A DNA stretch of 36,567 nucleotides. Origin: a virus (lineage: Duplodnaviria; Caudoviricetes). The notes beneath the pieces were generated by a model. It had not been told where the DNA came from. It ran no database searches and saw nothing but the letters and a program-made list of their open reading frames with translations. The translations under genes were made by a program, and so were the position numbers. The first letter of the stretch is position 1. Each line of letters begins with the position of its first letter. This document shows positions 26,070 to 35,441 of the stretch, piece after piece. The stretch is taken from IMG/VR virus record IMGVR_UViG_3300033566_000019, positions 1-36,567 of that record, one strand, 5' to 3'.

Positions 26070-27329
26070 TCAGACCGCGATCCGCATCCAGTCGCCTGGA
26101 ACGGTCACGAGGAACGCCGGGTCGCTGACGGCCCGAAGCTCACGGTTATCGGTTCCATCCTCCGTGCGGAGGTCGCCCGGGCCGTTGTCCGTGTCCCAGT
26201 GGACGAGCGGGCCAATCGAGCCGAACTTGAGCGTGTCCATGCGTCCGCAGCGCTCGACGTCGTCGGGCATCCAGTGAGACGGGAGGACCTTGATCGGCCC
26301 GCGAGGACCGACGACGACCGCACCCTGGTAGGTGAGGCCCAGCTTCATCTTGCCCATGTCCTCGCCGGGGAACTTCACGAGATCCGGCTTGTTCTCGAAG
26401 CAGAACTTCTCGAAGTTCCGGGTCGAGAGGAGGTACGTGTCGGGCTTGCGGCCCGCGTCGACGAGCTTGCGCGCCGACTGCCAGATACGCTGGTAGACGC
26501 TGAGGTTCGTTCCGGTCATGCAGCGACCCGCGAACCACGCCGGGTTCGCATTGCGCGCGCACGTCAGGAAGTCGCCCGGCAGCGAGGAGGACGACCACGA
26601 CGGCAGGAACGCGTCGAGACCGTAGATGTAGTCGTCGTCGTAGGTGCCGGCGCCGACGATGTAGTGACCCGCCGAGATGCTCGGGAACGCCGCGGCCCAG
26701 GTCGTCGAGAGCGTGACCGTCGGGTTGTCTTCGTCGCCGACCGAGTAGACGAGCGCTTCCGCGCCGTCGTCGTTGAGCGTGCCGCCCGTGGCGTTGGTGT
26801 TGATGGTCTGGATCGGGTAGTCGCGCTCGAACTGCTTCAGGTCGTTCGCATCGGTGAGCGTGATCGTGTTGGTGGACACGTTCGAGCCCGTCGTGATGCG
26901 CGCGAGAATGCCGATACCGTTGCCGTGCACCGACTTGCAGAAGCGACGACGCATGCGCTCGATGGCGTTCTCGCCCTCGCGCTTGATCGGATCGACGAGC
27001 AGCCACTTCTTCTTCGTCTGCTCGAAGGCGCGCAGGAGCTTGCCCTCCAGCGAGAGGAAGGCGAACATCTCGCGCGTACGCAGGACGAACTCGTCTTCCT
27101 GCGAGTGGCTCTTGAGGCGCTTGGCGCCCGCGGCCGTGCGGTGGATGCCCTGGTTACCGCCCCATCCGAGGGGGTGGTGAACAGCGTTGGTTCCCCAGTC
27201 CGTTTCTTTCTTCGACATGCCCAGGATGGGGTCTTCCCCGAGCACTTCCTCGACGAGAGCCTCGTCGGGCCACATCTCACGAACGAGCCCGCCCGCAACG
27301 TGGCGGGCAAACGTAGACGGTCCAGCCAT
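26070..27329 (-). CDS. major capsid protein (HK97 fold expected)
   Basis: 419 aa directly after the scaffold, GGAGG RBS, VHGNGIG motif. Confidence 0.8.
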   Translation of the reverse strand: MAGPSTFARHVAGGLVREMWPDEALVEEVLGEDPILGMSKKETDWGTNAVHHPLGWGGNQGIHRTAAGAKRLKSHSQEDEFVLRTREMFAFLSLEGKLLRAFEQTKKKWLLVDPIKREGENAIERMRRRFCKSVHGNGIGILARITTGSNVSTNTITLTDANDLKQFERDYPIQTINTNATGGTLNDDGAEALVYSVGDEDNPTVTLSTTWAAAFPSISAGHYIVGAGTYDDDYIYGLDAFLPSWSSSSLPGDFLTCARNANPAWFAGRCMTGTNLSVYQRIWQSARKLVDAGRKPDTYLLSTRNFEKFCFENKPDLVKFPGEDMGKMKLGLTYQGAVVVGPRGPIKVLPSHWMPDDVERCGRMDTLKFGSIGPLVHWDTDNGPGDLRTEDGTDNRELRAVSDPAFLVTVPGDWMRIAV

Positions 27330-27371
27330 GGCGGCCTCCGGACGCGTCGCGACGCCTTCTCAGGGGCGGTG

Positions 27372-28409
27372 TTATTCGCGCGCGTACTTGGCCTTGAGGT
27401 ATTCGGCTCGCTTATCGAGCGGCATTTTGTGAAGAGGCACAGCCTCGCTCACGGTGCTCCGCTCACCTGCAACCGAGTTGCTCAAGGTGGTTACCGGCTG
27501 TCCTGCGCCGTTCCGGTTCGCCTGGCTTGCGCCGTTTGCTGGCGATTCTGATGTGCGGCTGCCGCCGCTCGCGAGCTGCGTCTCTTCGAGAAGTTGCTCG
27601 AAGTGATCGTGTAGCTCGTCCAGAGTGTAGTCCTCACCGAGCAGAGGTGCAACGACGCGGTTTGCGTAGCCGATGGTCGCCTGCGGCCCGTGCTTCGACA
27701 TGAACGCATGGACGAATGGATGCGACTCGGCGCGAGCGCCCACGCCGTTGAGGAACGACACGGCGCGGTGGTGGGCCTCCTGCTGGTCGCGCTGCTGCGC
27801 CTGGGCCTCCTCCTGCTTCGCGCGCCACTCCTCGTTTTCCTTGCGGACCTTCTCGAGCTCGGCGCGCAGGGCGTCGGCCTCGGTCTTCACCTGACGCTGA
27901 GCGACGGCCTGCGGATCTGAGAGCCGCGTGCGCATCCAGGCGATGAGCTTCTCGGGGCTCATGTTCTTCGCCTCGGCCGCCGCAAGTAGCGACTCCTCCG
28001 ACTCGAAGACCTTGTTCAGCGGCTCGAGCTCGGCGACACGCGCGCGGAGTTTTTCGATCTCACCCGTCGCCGCCTTGTCGCCCGCGCGCGCCTTCTCCTG
28101 CTTCTCGCGCTTCGCTCGCGCCTCGGCCTCGCGCTTGCGAACCTGGTTGATGCGGGCGAGACGTTCGGCCGACGCCTTCGCGCGAGCATCGACGCCCGAG
28201 TCCACTGCCGAGGAACTCGGGGCCGCGGCCGGGGGGGCAACATCGGCGTCCGACGACGTCTCGGCAGCGGGCTCCGGCGCCGACTCTTCGGCCTTCAAGC
28301 GGTCCGCGAGGGCGGCGGCGCGGTGGTCAGCGGTCAGCTTCGGCGCTGCGGCGGGTGCCGGCGCGGGAGCTGCGGTCGGTGCGGTGACGGGGGCGGTACC
28401 TTCGGGCAT
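27372..28409 (-). CDS. capsid scaffolding protein
   Basis: Ala/Glu/Pro-rich N-terminus and coiled coils, between portal and MCP. Confidence 0.75.
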   Translation of the reverse strand: MPEGTAPVTAPTAAPAPAPAAAPKLTADHRAAALADRLKAEESAPEPAAETSSDADVAPPAAAPSSSAVDSGVDARAKASAERLARINQVRKREAEARAKREKQEKARAGDKAATGEIEKLRARVAELEPLNKVFESEESLLAAAEAKNMSPEKLIAWMRTRLSDPQAVAQRQVKTEADALRAELEKVRKENEEWRAKQEEAQAQQRDQQEAHHRAVSFLNGVGARAESHPFVHAFMSKHGPQATIGYANRVVAPLLGEDYTLDELHDHFEQLLEETQLASGGSRTSESPANGASQANRNGAGQPVTTLSNSVAGERSTVSEAVPLHKMPLDKRAEYLKAKYARE

Positions 28410-28418
28410 GCGTTGCTC

Positions 28419-30383
28419 CTACGCCGCGATCGGAGGCGCCATGCCTCCGTCCGGCATCATGTTGCCCGGTGCGCCCGCGGCCATGCCGGGGTCCATCGGG
28501 ACGCCACCGTCAGGCGGCGGAGGTGGTGCGGGGGGCGGAGGGCCGCCGCCGAGCGGTGCGCCACCATTGGCGTTCGCGGCGCCCATTTTGCCCTTGTTCT
28601 CGAGGTACACGAGCGAGTCGCGGAAGTTGGAGAGCAGGTCGAGGACGAACTTCGGCGCCCCGTTCATCTGGCTCTGAAGCTTCTTCTGGTGTGTGCGCCG
28701 GATGGCCCATGCCAACGGCATGTCGCCGTAGGGGTCGAGCTTCTTTCGCTCGGCGTCCTCGGCGTCCTTCGCGTCGAGCATGCTCTCGAGCATCTCGTCC
28801 ACGAGCAGCTTGTCGGCCGTCTCGAGATCCAATTCGCTCTGGACGTCGCCCGCGTCCATGTGGCGCATGAACGTCCCGCGGTCGATGGCGCCCATCTCGA
28901 ACAGCGTCTTGAGCTTCTCCAGCTTGCCCGCGAAGGACATGTAGAGATGCCCGACGCTTTGCAGGTGAAGCTGGAAGCCGTCGATCTCGACGTCCTTCCA
29001 AGAGAGGTCGAGGTACGCGCCCTTCAGCGGCACCTTTACCGCGTAGTCGCCGTGCTCCTTTGCGATCTCTTTCACGCACTCGATGAGAAGGCGCGCGACG
29101 TCCATGCACCACGTCTCGAAGCGGCGGCCGAAGACGATGTGCCGCTGCGTCTCGACGTCATCGAGAGTCTGAAGCGCGATGCCCGACTCGACGCCGGCAG
29201 GCTTCTCCGACTGCGCCGCCATCTGCGACGTGCCCGACGCGTTGAGTGCGCGCTCCACGAGCTCCGGGGGGCGCTGGCGCGTGTGCTCGTTCACGAGATC
29301 GAGTTGCACCACCTCGGGGGCGTACGGGCCTGGGCGTGCGTGCACGACGCGAACGCCGTTGGTGACGTCGCTCTTGAAGACGCCAGAGCCGTCGCGAAGG
29401 ACGATCATCGTCCCGCTCATGTCGTACTGCTCGGCGAGCTTCACGTTGGAGTCGTTAATGCTCGACTGGTAGCCTTCCAGCGTCTCGACGATGCCCGATC
29501 CGAAGAAGCCGGTATTCGGCGTGTCGTAGAACAGCCACGCGAAGGGGAAGTGGTCCTTCTCCCACGCCTCTTCGACGAGCACGCAGCCATCGCAGATGAT
29601 GACGTGCTTGCCGGTGCACTTGTGGTGCTTGTCGTCCGGGTCGTGATCGCGGCAGCGGTACCAGGCCTCGACAATCTCGACGCGTTCGACGGTGCTCGCG
29701 CGCTCTTCGTCGCGGATCACCTGCGTTGCCGTGGAGAATCGGCCCGCTTCCTTCAGCTTCTCGCGCTTCGCAGGCGTAGCGCCAAGGCGCTTGATCGCTG
29801 TTGCGCGGTCCATCGTGCGGAGTCGCATGCACGTCAGCGGCTCGCCAAACTCCGCGTCCCAGTCGTCGTAGAACATCGTCCACGGGTGCACGCGTTCGAC
29901 GGTGGGCTTCTTGGCGCCACGCTCGACGAACACCTGGACGACGCCACCGCGCGAGACGAGGGCATCCTTGATGATGCGCGGCGCGACCTGCTCGTGGATC
30001 TTCTGCCGGAAGAACTCGCCCTCGAGGAGTTGGCGCATCTTCCGAGCCTTGCGGGCGTCGGCCCAGTTGCCGCGCGAGGTGAATACCTGCGGGATGGGCC
30101 GGATGGTCGCGACCTTCGCCGTGAGCGTGTCGACGACCATCTTGCAGACGTTGTCTGGCAGCGTCGCGTTGAGGTACGTGCAGTTCCGGCGCGACGCCGT
30201 CGTGACGCCGCCCATGCCGTTGCCGGCGTAGAGGCCCCAGTGGTAGTCGTCCTTGTCGGTACGCCACGCGTTCTCGTCGCGCACGTGACCGAAGACCACC
30301 GTGAGGCAGTCGGCGAGCTCGTCGCCGGTCAGCGTCCACCAGTCTGCGGGGACCTGCTTAGTCGCTACTGCGGCTGCCGGCAC
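28419..30383 (-). CDS. portal protein (P22-like) with Pro/Gly/Met-rich C-tail
   Basis: 654 aa. N.CKMVVD...KV, DALV...G, VERVHPW, GSGIVETL..Q, SGIALQTL. Downstream of TerL. Confidence 0.85.
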   Translation of the reverse strand: MPAAAVATKQVPADWWTLTGDELADCLTVVFGHVRDENAWRTDKDDYHWGLYAGNGMGGVTTASRRNCTYLNATLPDNVCKMVVDTLTAKVATIRPIPQVFTSRGNWADARKARKMRQLLEGEFFRQKIHEQVAPRIIKDALVSRGGVVQVFVERGAKKPTVERVHPWTMFYDDWDAEFGEPLTCMRLRTMDRATAIKRLGATPAKREKLKEAGRFSTATQVIRDEERASTVERVEIVEAWYRCRDHDPDDKHHKCTGKHVIICDGCVLVEEAWEKDHFPFAWLFYDTPNTGFFGSGIVETLEGYQSSINDSNVKLAEQYDMSGTMIVLRDGSGVFKSDVTNGVRVVHARPGPYAPEVVQLDLVNEHTRQRPPELVERALNASGTSQMAAQSEKPAGVESGIALQTLDDVETQRHIVFGRRFETWCMDVARLLIECVKEIAKEHGDYAVKVPLKGAYLDLSWKDVEIDGFQLHLQSVGHLYMSFAGKLEKLKTLFEMGAIDRGTFMRHMDAGDVQSELDLETADKLLVDEMLESMLDAKDAEDAERKKLDPYGDMPLAWAIRRTHQKKLQSQMNGAPKFVLDLLSNFRDSLVYLENKGKMGAANANGGAPLGGGPPPPAPPPPPDGGVPMDPGMAAGAPGNMMPDGGMAPPIAA

Positions 30384-30729
30384 GCGGGACCAATTGTCCG
30401 GTGGGTCGACGCGGGGGCGTCACCACAACGGGTCTGGAGTCGTCGTGCTGGTCTTCATGTTCGTAGGCAGGACCGAACTCGGCTGACGCGAGCGAGCCGT
30501 CAGGGTGAAACGCGATGCGCGTTGCCCCTTCCGCCTTCAGCTCCCTCACCAGCTTGAGCGTGTCCGCCATGCGGCTCTCATCCTTTAGCACGGATTCCGG
30601 TCCGCTGTCACGCCTTGTGCCGCAGGCTCTCACGCAGGCGGCGCACCGTTCGGCGCTCCATGGGATGGTCCGTCCGCAATCTGTGCAACCGCGGGCCGTC
30701 CGCCCGTCGGACGGATCACGCGAGACCAT
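30358..30729 (-). CDS. hypothetical protein (N-terminal CxxC/CxxC; alternative start ATG 30570)
   Basis: ORF track. The MADTLKLVRELKAEG...F segment looks like the real coding core. Confidence 0.55.
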   Translation of the reverse strand: MVSRDPSDGRTARGCTDCGRTIPWSAERCAACVRACGTRRDSGPESVLKDESRMADTLKLVRELKAEGATRIAFHPDGSLASAEFGPAYEHEDQHDDSRPVVVTPPRRPTGQLVPRAGSRSSD

Positions 30730-31627
30730 ACTGCTTCTCGAAGCTGGCCTCGAAGCCGTGCTCGCCCCAGTGCTGGAACGTCGCCGGGGTGTACACGTAG
30801 ACCTTACCGCCGATGCCCTGCCAGTAGCGGCTGAAGTTGTAGTCCTCGCTCTGGTAGACGCCGTCCGCCACGCCGGTATCGAACAGCGCCCACAGCGGGG
30901 CGCCTCGGTCGTTGCTCCGCGAGATGTTAATATGCAGCAGCTCCGGGTGGGACTTCTGCATCGCGATCAGCGCCCTGCGGCTGACGAGGAGAAAGCCCGT
31001 CCCGGCGTCCTGCACTTCGACGCAGCCGTGTTCGTCGCGCTCCAGCGGCTTGCCTTCGTCTTCGGGAAAGAGGTTGTGCACGGTGCGCCCCGACATGTCC
31101 TTGAAGGGACACGCGCCCGCGATGACGTCGTGGCCAGTCGCGAGCATCTTCCGCAGGCAGCCAGGGTCGTTCGCCACGATGTCGGCGTCCCAGAACAGCA
31201 TGTACGTAGCGGGCGAACTGAGAAACAGGTGACTCGCGCGCTGGCGCATGCGGCAGACCAGCGAGTCGCCGTCGATGCCCGCGGTGATGCTGCCGATGCC
31301 GTGCGCGGCGAGGTCCTGGCGCACTTCGTTGCGGCTCTGCCGGCCCTTCTTCGCGATGCTCTCGGTCTCGCGGTACGTCGGGGAGATGACGGCCACGAGC
31401 GGCTCTGCGCTCACGGGCTGACCGCGACGAATGCGCTGATAGAAACCCTCCAGATCCCAGTCCTTCGGCTCGATGGTGTGGAGATGCTCCCAGAATGCGG
31501 CGTACAGCTCGTCGGCAGTTGTTTCCTTCTGCTCGGGAGAAGGTTCCTTGTGCTCGGTCACGAGCGTCACGGGGGCACCCTTCACGAGATTGCCGCCGAT
31601 GGATTGCAGAACGCGCTTCAGGCTCAT
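30716..31627 (-). CDS. glycosyltransferase, GT-A fold (GT2-like)
   Basis: VISPTY, DSLVCRMR, MLFWDADI (DxD), AGTGFLLV.R, SEDYNF, QHWG. ATGA-coupled start at 31627. Confidence 0.85.
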   Translation of the reverse strand: MSLKRVLQSIGGNLVKGAPVTLVTEHKEPSPEQKETTADELYAAFWEHLHTIEPKDWDLEGFYQRIRRGQPVSAEPLVAVISPTYRETESIAKKGRQSRNEVRQDLAAHGIGSITAGIDGDSLVCRMRQRASHLFLSSPATYMLFWDADIVANDPGCLRKMLATGHDVIAGACPFKDMSGRTVHNLFPEDEGKPLERDEHGCVEVQDAGTGFLLVSRRALIAMQKSHPELLHINISRSNDRGAPLWALFDTGVADGVYQSEDYNFSRYWQGIGGKVYVYTPATFQHWGEHGFEASFEKQYGLA

Positions 31628-32418
31628 CGCATTACCCTCCGAAACGAAGCAACTTGCAGCGCCACGACCCACCACGGCGGGTCGAGATGCATGAGAAATG
31701 CGGGGGCTGCCCAGAGAAGACAGCGCGCCGTATCGGTGCCGACGAGCCGCGACGCGAACGCGACGCCGAGCGCGACCCAGGCTTGCGCCGGAGCGCCGAC
31801 GTACGCGGCCCACAGCGGGATGCCTCGGAGCGCCCACACGAGGCCGCCATCGGCGAGCAGGTCGATGTGGGGGCGGTGCGCGAGCATCGTGGCCAGCGTC
31901 GACTTGTGACCGACGAGGCGGTCAGCGAGCTCGGGGCTGGCGTGATTCGGCGCAGCGGGTTTCGCCCACCATTGCACAGCGAGGAGTCCGAGCAGGGGCC
32001 AAGGACTCCAAGAGTAGATCGCGGCAAAGACCGGTCCGCGCTCGTGCACGGCCCCAGAGCAGGCCGCCACCAATACCGCAGCGACGGGTGAGACGGGCCA
32101 CAACAGCGCGGATGCGAGAGAGAGCATCATCGCCGGCCCGTCCACCGTCGTTGGCATCACGATGCACATCCACACGCCCGGAAGCGAGAGGAACAGAACA
32201 GCGCGGGACGGGGCGCCGAGCAGGCAGGCCGTTGCGACGAACGAGGCCCACGTAACGATCATCAACACACGTGGCGGCCATGCGTGAAACCTCCGGTGAA
32301 ACGGCGACGGCTGCGGCGTGCCGCTGGTGTACCGCGCGCCGTCCTGGCACGGGTTGATGCCGTCCTGCCACGCGTACAGCGCGACGGCGGCGAGGCCGAT
32401 GAGGGCGGCGGCGATCAT
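31624..32418 (-). CDS. polytopic membrane protein, possible GT-C-fold glycosyltransferase
   Basis: Several hydrophobic helices. Loop QDGARY...P.PFHRR after TM1, TVDG and HERG motifs. Confidence 0.6.
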   Translation of the reverse strand: MIAAALIGLAAVALYAWQDGINPCQDGARYTSGTPQPSPFHRRFHAWPPRVLMIVTWASFVATACLLGAPSRAVLFLSLPGVWMCIVMPTTVDGPAMMLSLASALLWPVSPVAAVLVAACSGAVHERGPVFAAIYSWSPWPLLGLLAVQWWAKPAAPNHASPELADRLVGHKSTLATMLAHRPHIDLLADGGLVWALRGIPLWAAYVGAPAQAWVALGVAFASRLVGTDTARCLLWAAPAFLMHLDPPWWVVALQVASFRRVMR

Positions 32419-33974
32419 GCGCCCCTCTTCCAGTACCTGTCGTGCACGCTGCCTCCTCGCGCCTTCCAGTGCGGGCGCTCTTCCTCTTCGCGGAACTTCT
32501 GGTGACGCGCGGCCTTCGCCAAGCTCACCTCGCTCGGTCGCTCTACGGCAGTCGCAATGAACCTGGCGTCAGCCACCGCAAGCGCGATGGTCGGCGCGTA
32601 GTCGGCGTGTCGCCCGCGCACTTCGGCAAGCTGGTACTGCACGCCGCTTCGCGTGATGACCTTGCGGATGCCGAGGAGGTCGGCCTTCACCTGCGCGTCC
32701 TTCGGCAGTCCGAGCCGGTTCGCCTGCGCGAGCTTCAGCAAGTGCTCGTAGCCTTCGCGCTTCGTCGTCGGCGTCCACGGCGCCTCGATGAGTTGGACGC
32801 CGTGCGGCTCCGCCATCGCGCGCAGCATCTCGACCGCGTGCTGGTCGGTGTACGCCATCGCAAGGCCGTAGCTCCCGAGGTAGTGCGCGATCTCGGCCAG
32901 CACCGTCTTCGGGTCCAGCGGAATTCCCGGCCGCGGCACCCATTCGCGCGCGAGGACCACGTGACGCTTCTCGTCGAGGCCCTGACCTGCGATGGCGAAC
33001 GTCCAAGCGTTCGTCCTCGTCGCCGGATCCATCGCGGCGACGTAGCTCCACCCCTCGGTCCAGGGCATGTCGCCTTCCTCGGCGCGCGTGGCTCGGTCGA
33101 TGAGCAGGTCGGTCAGCAGCGACGTCTCGGCCTCGGCTTGCGGAATGGCGGCGTACTCGCGGAGCCACACGCCTTCTTCCGGCTCGATGGCCCGCGTCTC
33201 GGCCTCGGTCAGCGTTGGGTTCGCCTCCCACGTGGGCGCGAACGCGGTGATCTGAAACGCCGTGTCGCCTTCCTCGAAGGAGTCGTAGTGCGCGTCGAGC
33301 ATCCCGAACGGCGACGAACTAAGGACGATGCGCGCATTCGGCTGCGTCGCCATCGTCGGGCGCACCGAGGCGAGCACCTGCCCTGCGGGGTTGACGCCCG
33401 TGTCCGAGTCCTTCCACTTCGCCACCTCGTCGCAGAGGACGAAGATGCCGGTGAAGCCCGACACGCCCGCCACGCTCGCGCAGTACACCCGGAAGCCGAT
33501 GCGCTGGCCGATGACGCGGATCCCGATGACGCCGTTGCCCCACGGCTTGAACGGCACCCCGAGCGCGTCGAGGATGCTCGTGATCGTGTTGAGGCGCTGC
33601 CCAGCCTCGTCGATGCGCGTCGAGATGATGGCGCCGACCCCGGTGTCACCGGGCGGGATGTCGTGATGTCCGTATAGCGCCTCGACGACCATCAGGCGCG
33701 AAAGGCTCGACGACTTACCGCCTCGACGGCCGACACGAAGCACCGCCTGACGCTTGCCGCTGCGGTAGTAGCGCTCGATGGTCGACCGCCACCATGGCGC
33801 CGTGGGCGGAAAGCCCTTCGCCACGAGCAACGCGTCGACCTCGTCGTAGCGCGCGAGGATCTCTTCCTCGTGCGTCGCGGCGCGGCGGGCGTCAGTGCGG
33901 ACCGTGGGCCGCTTGGTCTGCGCCATCGCCCGGAGCGCTGTCAGCCTCCGGATCGCGGCCATCGGATCCGCCAT
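32415..33974 (-). CDS. terL: terminase large subunit
   Basis: Walker A GRRGGKS, Walker B FVLCDE, coupling motif LSSS, nuclease AMDPA...HAD. Confidence 0.92.
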   Translation of the reverse strand: MADPMAAIRRLTALRAMAQTKRPTVRTDARRAATHEEEILARYDEVDALLVAKGFPPTAPWWRSTIERYYRSGKRQAVLRVGRRGGKSSSLSRLMVVEALYGHHDIPPGDTGVGAIISTRIDEAGQRLNTITSILDALGVPFKPWGNGVIGIRVIGQRIGFRVYCASVAGVSGFTGIFVLCDEVAKWKDSDTGVNPAGQVLASVRPTMATQPNARIVLSSSPFGMLDAHYDSFEEGDTAFQITAFAPTWEANPTLTEAETRAIEPEEGVWLREYAAIPQAEAETSLLTDLLIDRATRAEEGDMPWTEGWSYVAAMDPATRTNAWTFAIAGQGLDEKRHVVLAREWVPRPGIPLDPKTVLAEIAHYLGSYGLAMAYTDQHAVEMLRAMAEPHGVQLIEAPWTPTTKREGYEHLLKLAQANRLGLPKDAQVKADLLGIRKVITRSGVQYQLAEVRGRHADYAPTIALAVADARFIATAVERPSEVSLAKAARHQKFREEEERPHWKARGGSVHDRYWKRGA

Positions 33975-34299
33975 CGCCCATTGCCTCCGCTACCTGATGC
34001 AGTTCACCGACGACCTTCACGGCCTCGGCGATCCCCAGAAGTGTCGTTTCCGCCTTGCTGAGACGGCGTTCCATTTCCGCGAGCGCTTTCCGCAAGAATC
34101 TCACTCGCAGCGCGCCGAGCTCCGCCTCTTGCGCCTCGATCTGCTCACGGCAAAAACCGGCAAGCTCTGCGTCGGTGCGCAGCCTCACGCGGTAGTTGCG
34201 AATGGTGCGCGTGCACACGGCCCACTTCCGGGCGGCCTGCACGTCGCCATACGCCGCCGCGTCGATGAGGACCGACGCGATGCGCTCCCTCTCGTTCAC
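33892..34299 (-). CDS. terS: terminase small subunit (HTH)
   Basis: HTH pattern QAARKWAVCTRTIRNY, directly upstream of and overlapping terL. Confidence 0.7.
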   Translation of the reverse strand: MNERERIASVLIDAAAYGDVQAARKWAVCTRTIRNYRVRLRTDAELAGFCREQIEAQEAELGALRVRFLRKALAEMERRLSKAETTLLGIAEAVKVVGELHQVAEAMGDGGSDGRDPEADSAPGDGADQAAHGPH

Positions 34300-34613
34300 G
34301 GCTCGACCACCGCAACGATGTCGCTCTCGGGCGTCAGCGACACGCTCTCATCGATGTAGTTCAGTCCGTTCGACTGCGCCGCGTTGTATTCGCTGACGAG
34401 GACGACGTCACCCCGCTTTACCTCGGGCTCCGCGCGCTTTCCGCACCCTTCGAGGATTCGACCCGGACCCACCGCCAGCACCGTCGCCCGCTTCGTGCGC
34501 GAGCCCGCTGCCGTCTTCGGGATGAAGATCCCGCCCTTGGTCTTCTCGTCCTCCGGCACCCAGCGAATCAGCACGTTGTCCCGGATCGGTCGGATCTTGT
34601 CGGTCGCGTTCAT
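34296..34613 (-). CDS. groES: co-chaperonin GroES (Cpn10)
   Basis: IRPIRDNVLI...EKTKGGIFIP...VLAVGPG...EVKRGDVV...ESDIVAVV. ATG 34613 with GAGGAG upstream. Confidence 0.92.
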   Translation of the reverse strand: MNATDKIRPIRDNVLIRWVPEDEKTKGGIFIPKTAAGSRTKRATVLAVGPGRILEGCGKRAEPEVKRGDVVLVSEYNAAQSNGLNYIDESVSLTPESDIVAVVEP

Positions 34614-34809
34614 TTGCCTGGTTCTCCTCGTGTGCGACGTAGCCGACGCCGCGAACGGTGTATGTCTTTCCCACGTGCGCCATACGAAGGCCCACGGGCG
34701 TGTGTTCGAAGGTCCACCCCTCGCTTGCGAGGTACACGCGCCCTCGCGGCGTCTGCGCGTTGAGCGGGACGGGAACCTCTCCACCCACGAAGTCGACGCG
34801 CGTAATCAT
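34408..34809 (-). CDS. hypothetical protein whose disordered C-tail overlaps groES
   Basis: ATGA-coupled start. Globular first ~60 aa, then a low-complexity tail. Confidence 0.55.
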   Translation of the reverse strand: MITRVDFVGGEVPVPLNAQTPRGRVYLASEGWTFEHTPVGLRMAHVGKTYTVRGVGYVAHEENQANERDRQDPTDPGQRADSLGAGGREDQGRDLHPEDGSGLAHEAGDGAGGGSGSNPRRVRKARGARGKAG

Positions 34810-35441
34810 CGGGCCAACATCCTCGTGAGCAACCAGCTAGGGTCGAGCGACCAGCTGTACGGCCGGCACAAGTCGACCACGTCGAGGCTCTTGTACTTGC
34901 TGCCCGCCGAGGGCCGCAGGTTCGGCATCTCCAGCGTCAGTACCTGGTGAGCGTTCCAGCGTTCTCCCGCCAGTTCGCGTACGAGCTCGGGACCGAGGCC
35001 CGCCTTGACGACGCTGCGCTTGACCCCGAGCGCGTGGATGACGTGCGGCCCGCTCGTGACCATCCAGCCCCAGATGTCCGTCTCCGGGTTGGTCGCGTCG
35101 ACCGCCAGCGTCACGTCCGCGTTCTCGAGCAGCCACCGCCAGATGGGCGCATGGGCCGCGAGGAAGGCTTGGCGCTTCAGCGTCTCTTCGTCGCCGTCGC
35201 CACGCATGCCGACGCGTTGCGCCCGGTCCGCGTCGCTGCGTCCGGCACCGCTAGCCCCGGCGCGCCACCCGGCCTTCGTCCGCGTGTACGCGATGCCGAG
35301 GAGGTACATCATGCCCGCCTCGTCGCTGTCCGCGACGTAGGGACGGAGCACCCATCCCGCCTCGTCGGCGATCGGAAGGACTTCGGCGGCGTTCCCCTCG
35401 GCCACGAGGGTATCTCTACCAGTCGTGACATTATTTGTCAC
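34806..35441 (-). CDS. GNAT-fold acetyltransferase-like protein (start uncertain)
   Basis: LRP...D, IWGW, IHALGVKRSVVKAGLG.EL (degenerate motif A). Confidence 0.55.
   Translation of the reverse strand: MTNNVTTGRDTLVAEGNAAEVLPIADEAGWVLRPYVADSDEAGMMYLLGIAYTRTKAGWRAGASGAGRSDADRAQRVGMRGDGDEETLKRQAFLAAHAPIWRWLLENADVTLAVDATNPETDIWGWMVTSGPHVIHALGVKRSVVKAGLGPELVRELAGERWNAHQVLTLEMPNLRPSAGSKYKSLDVVDLCRPYSWSLDPSWLLTRMLAR

Noticed and set aside
6098-28421. Genome-wide TAG recoding, suggested by the in-frame amber at 20576 and in-frame TAG junctions at 24215 and 28419
   Set aside because: TAG ends several genes at natural boundaries (6098; 7609 overlapping the next GTG; 28419 overlapping the next RBS TAGGAG; 24215 directly before an ATG). 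Other long genes are uninterrupted under the standard code, and no suppressor tRNA was seen.
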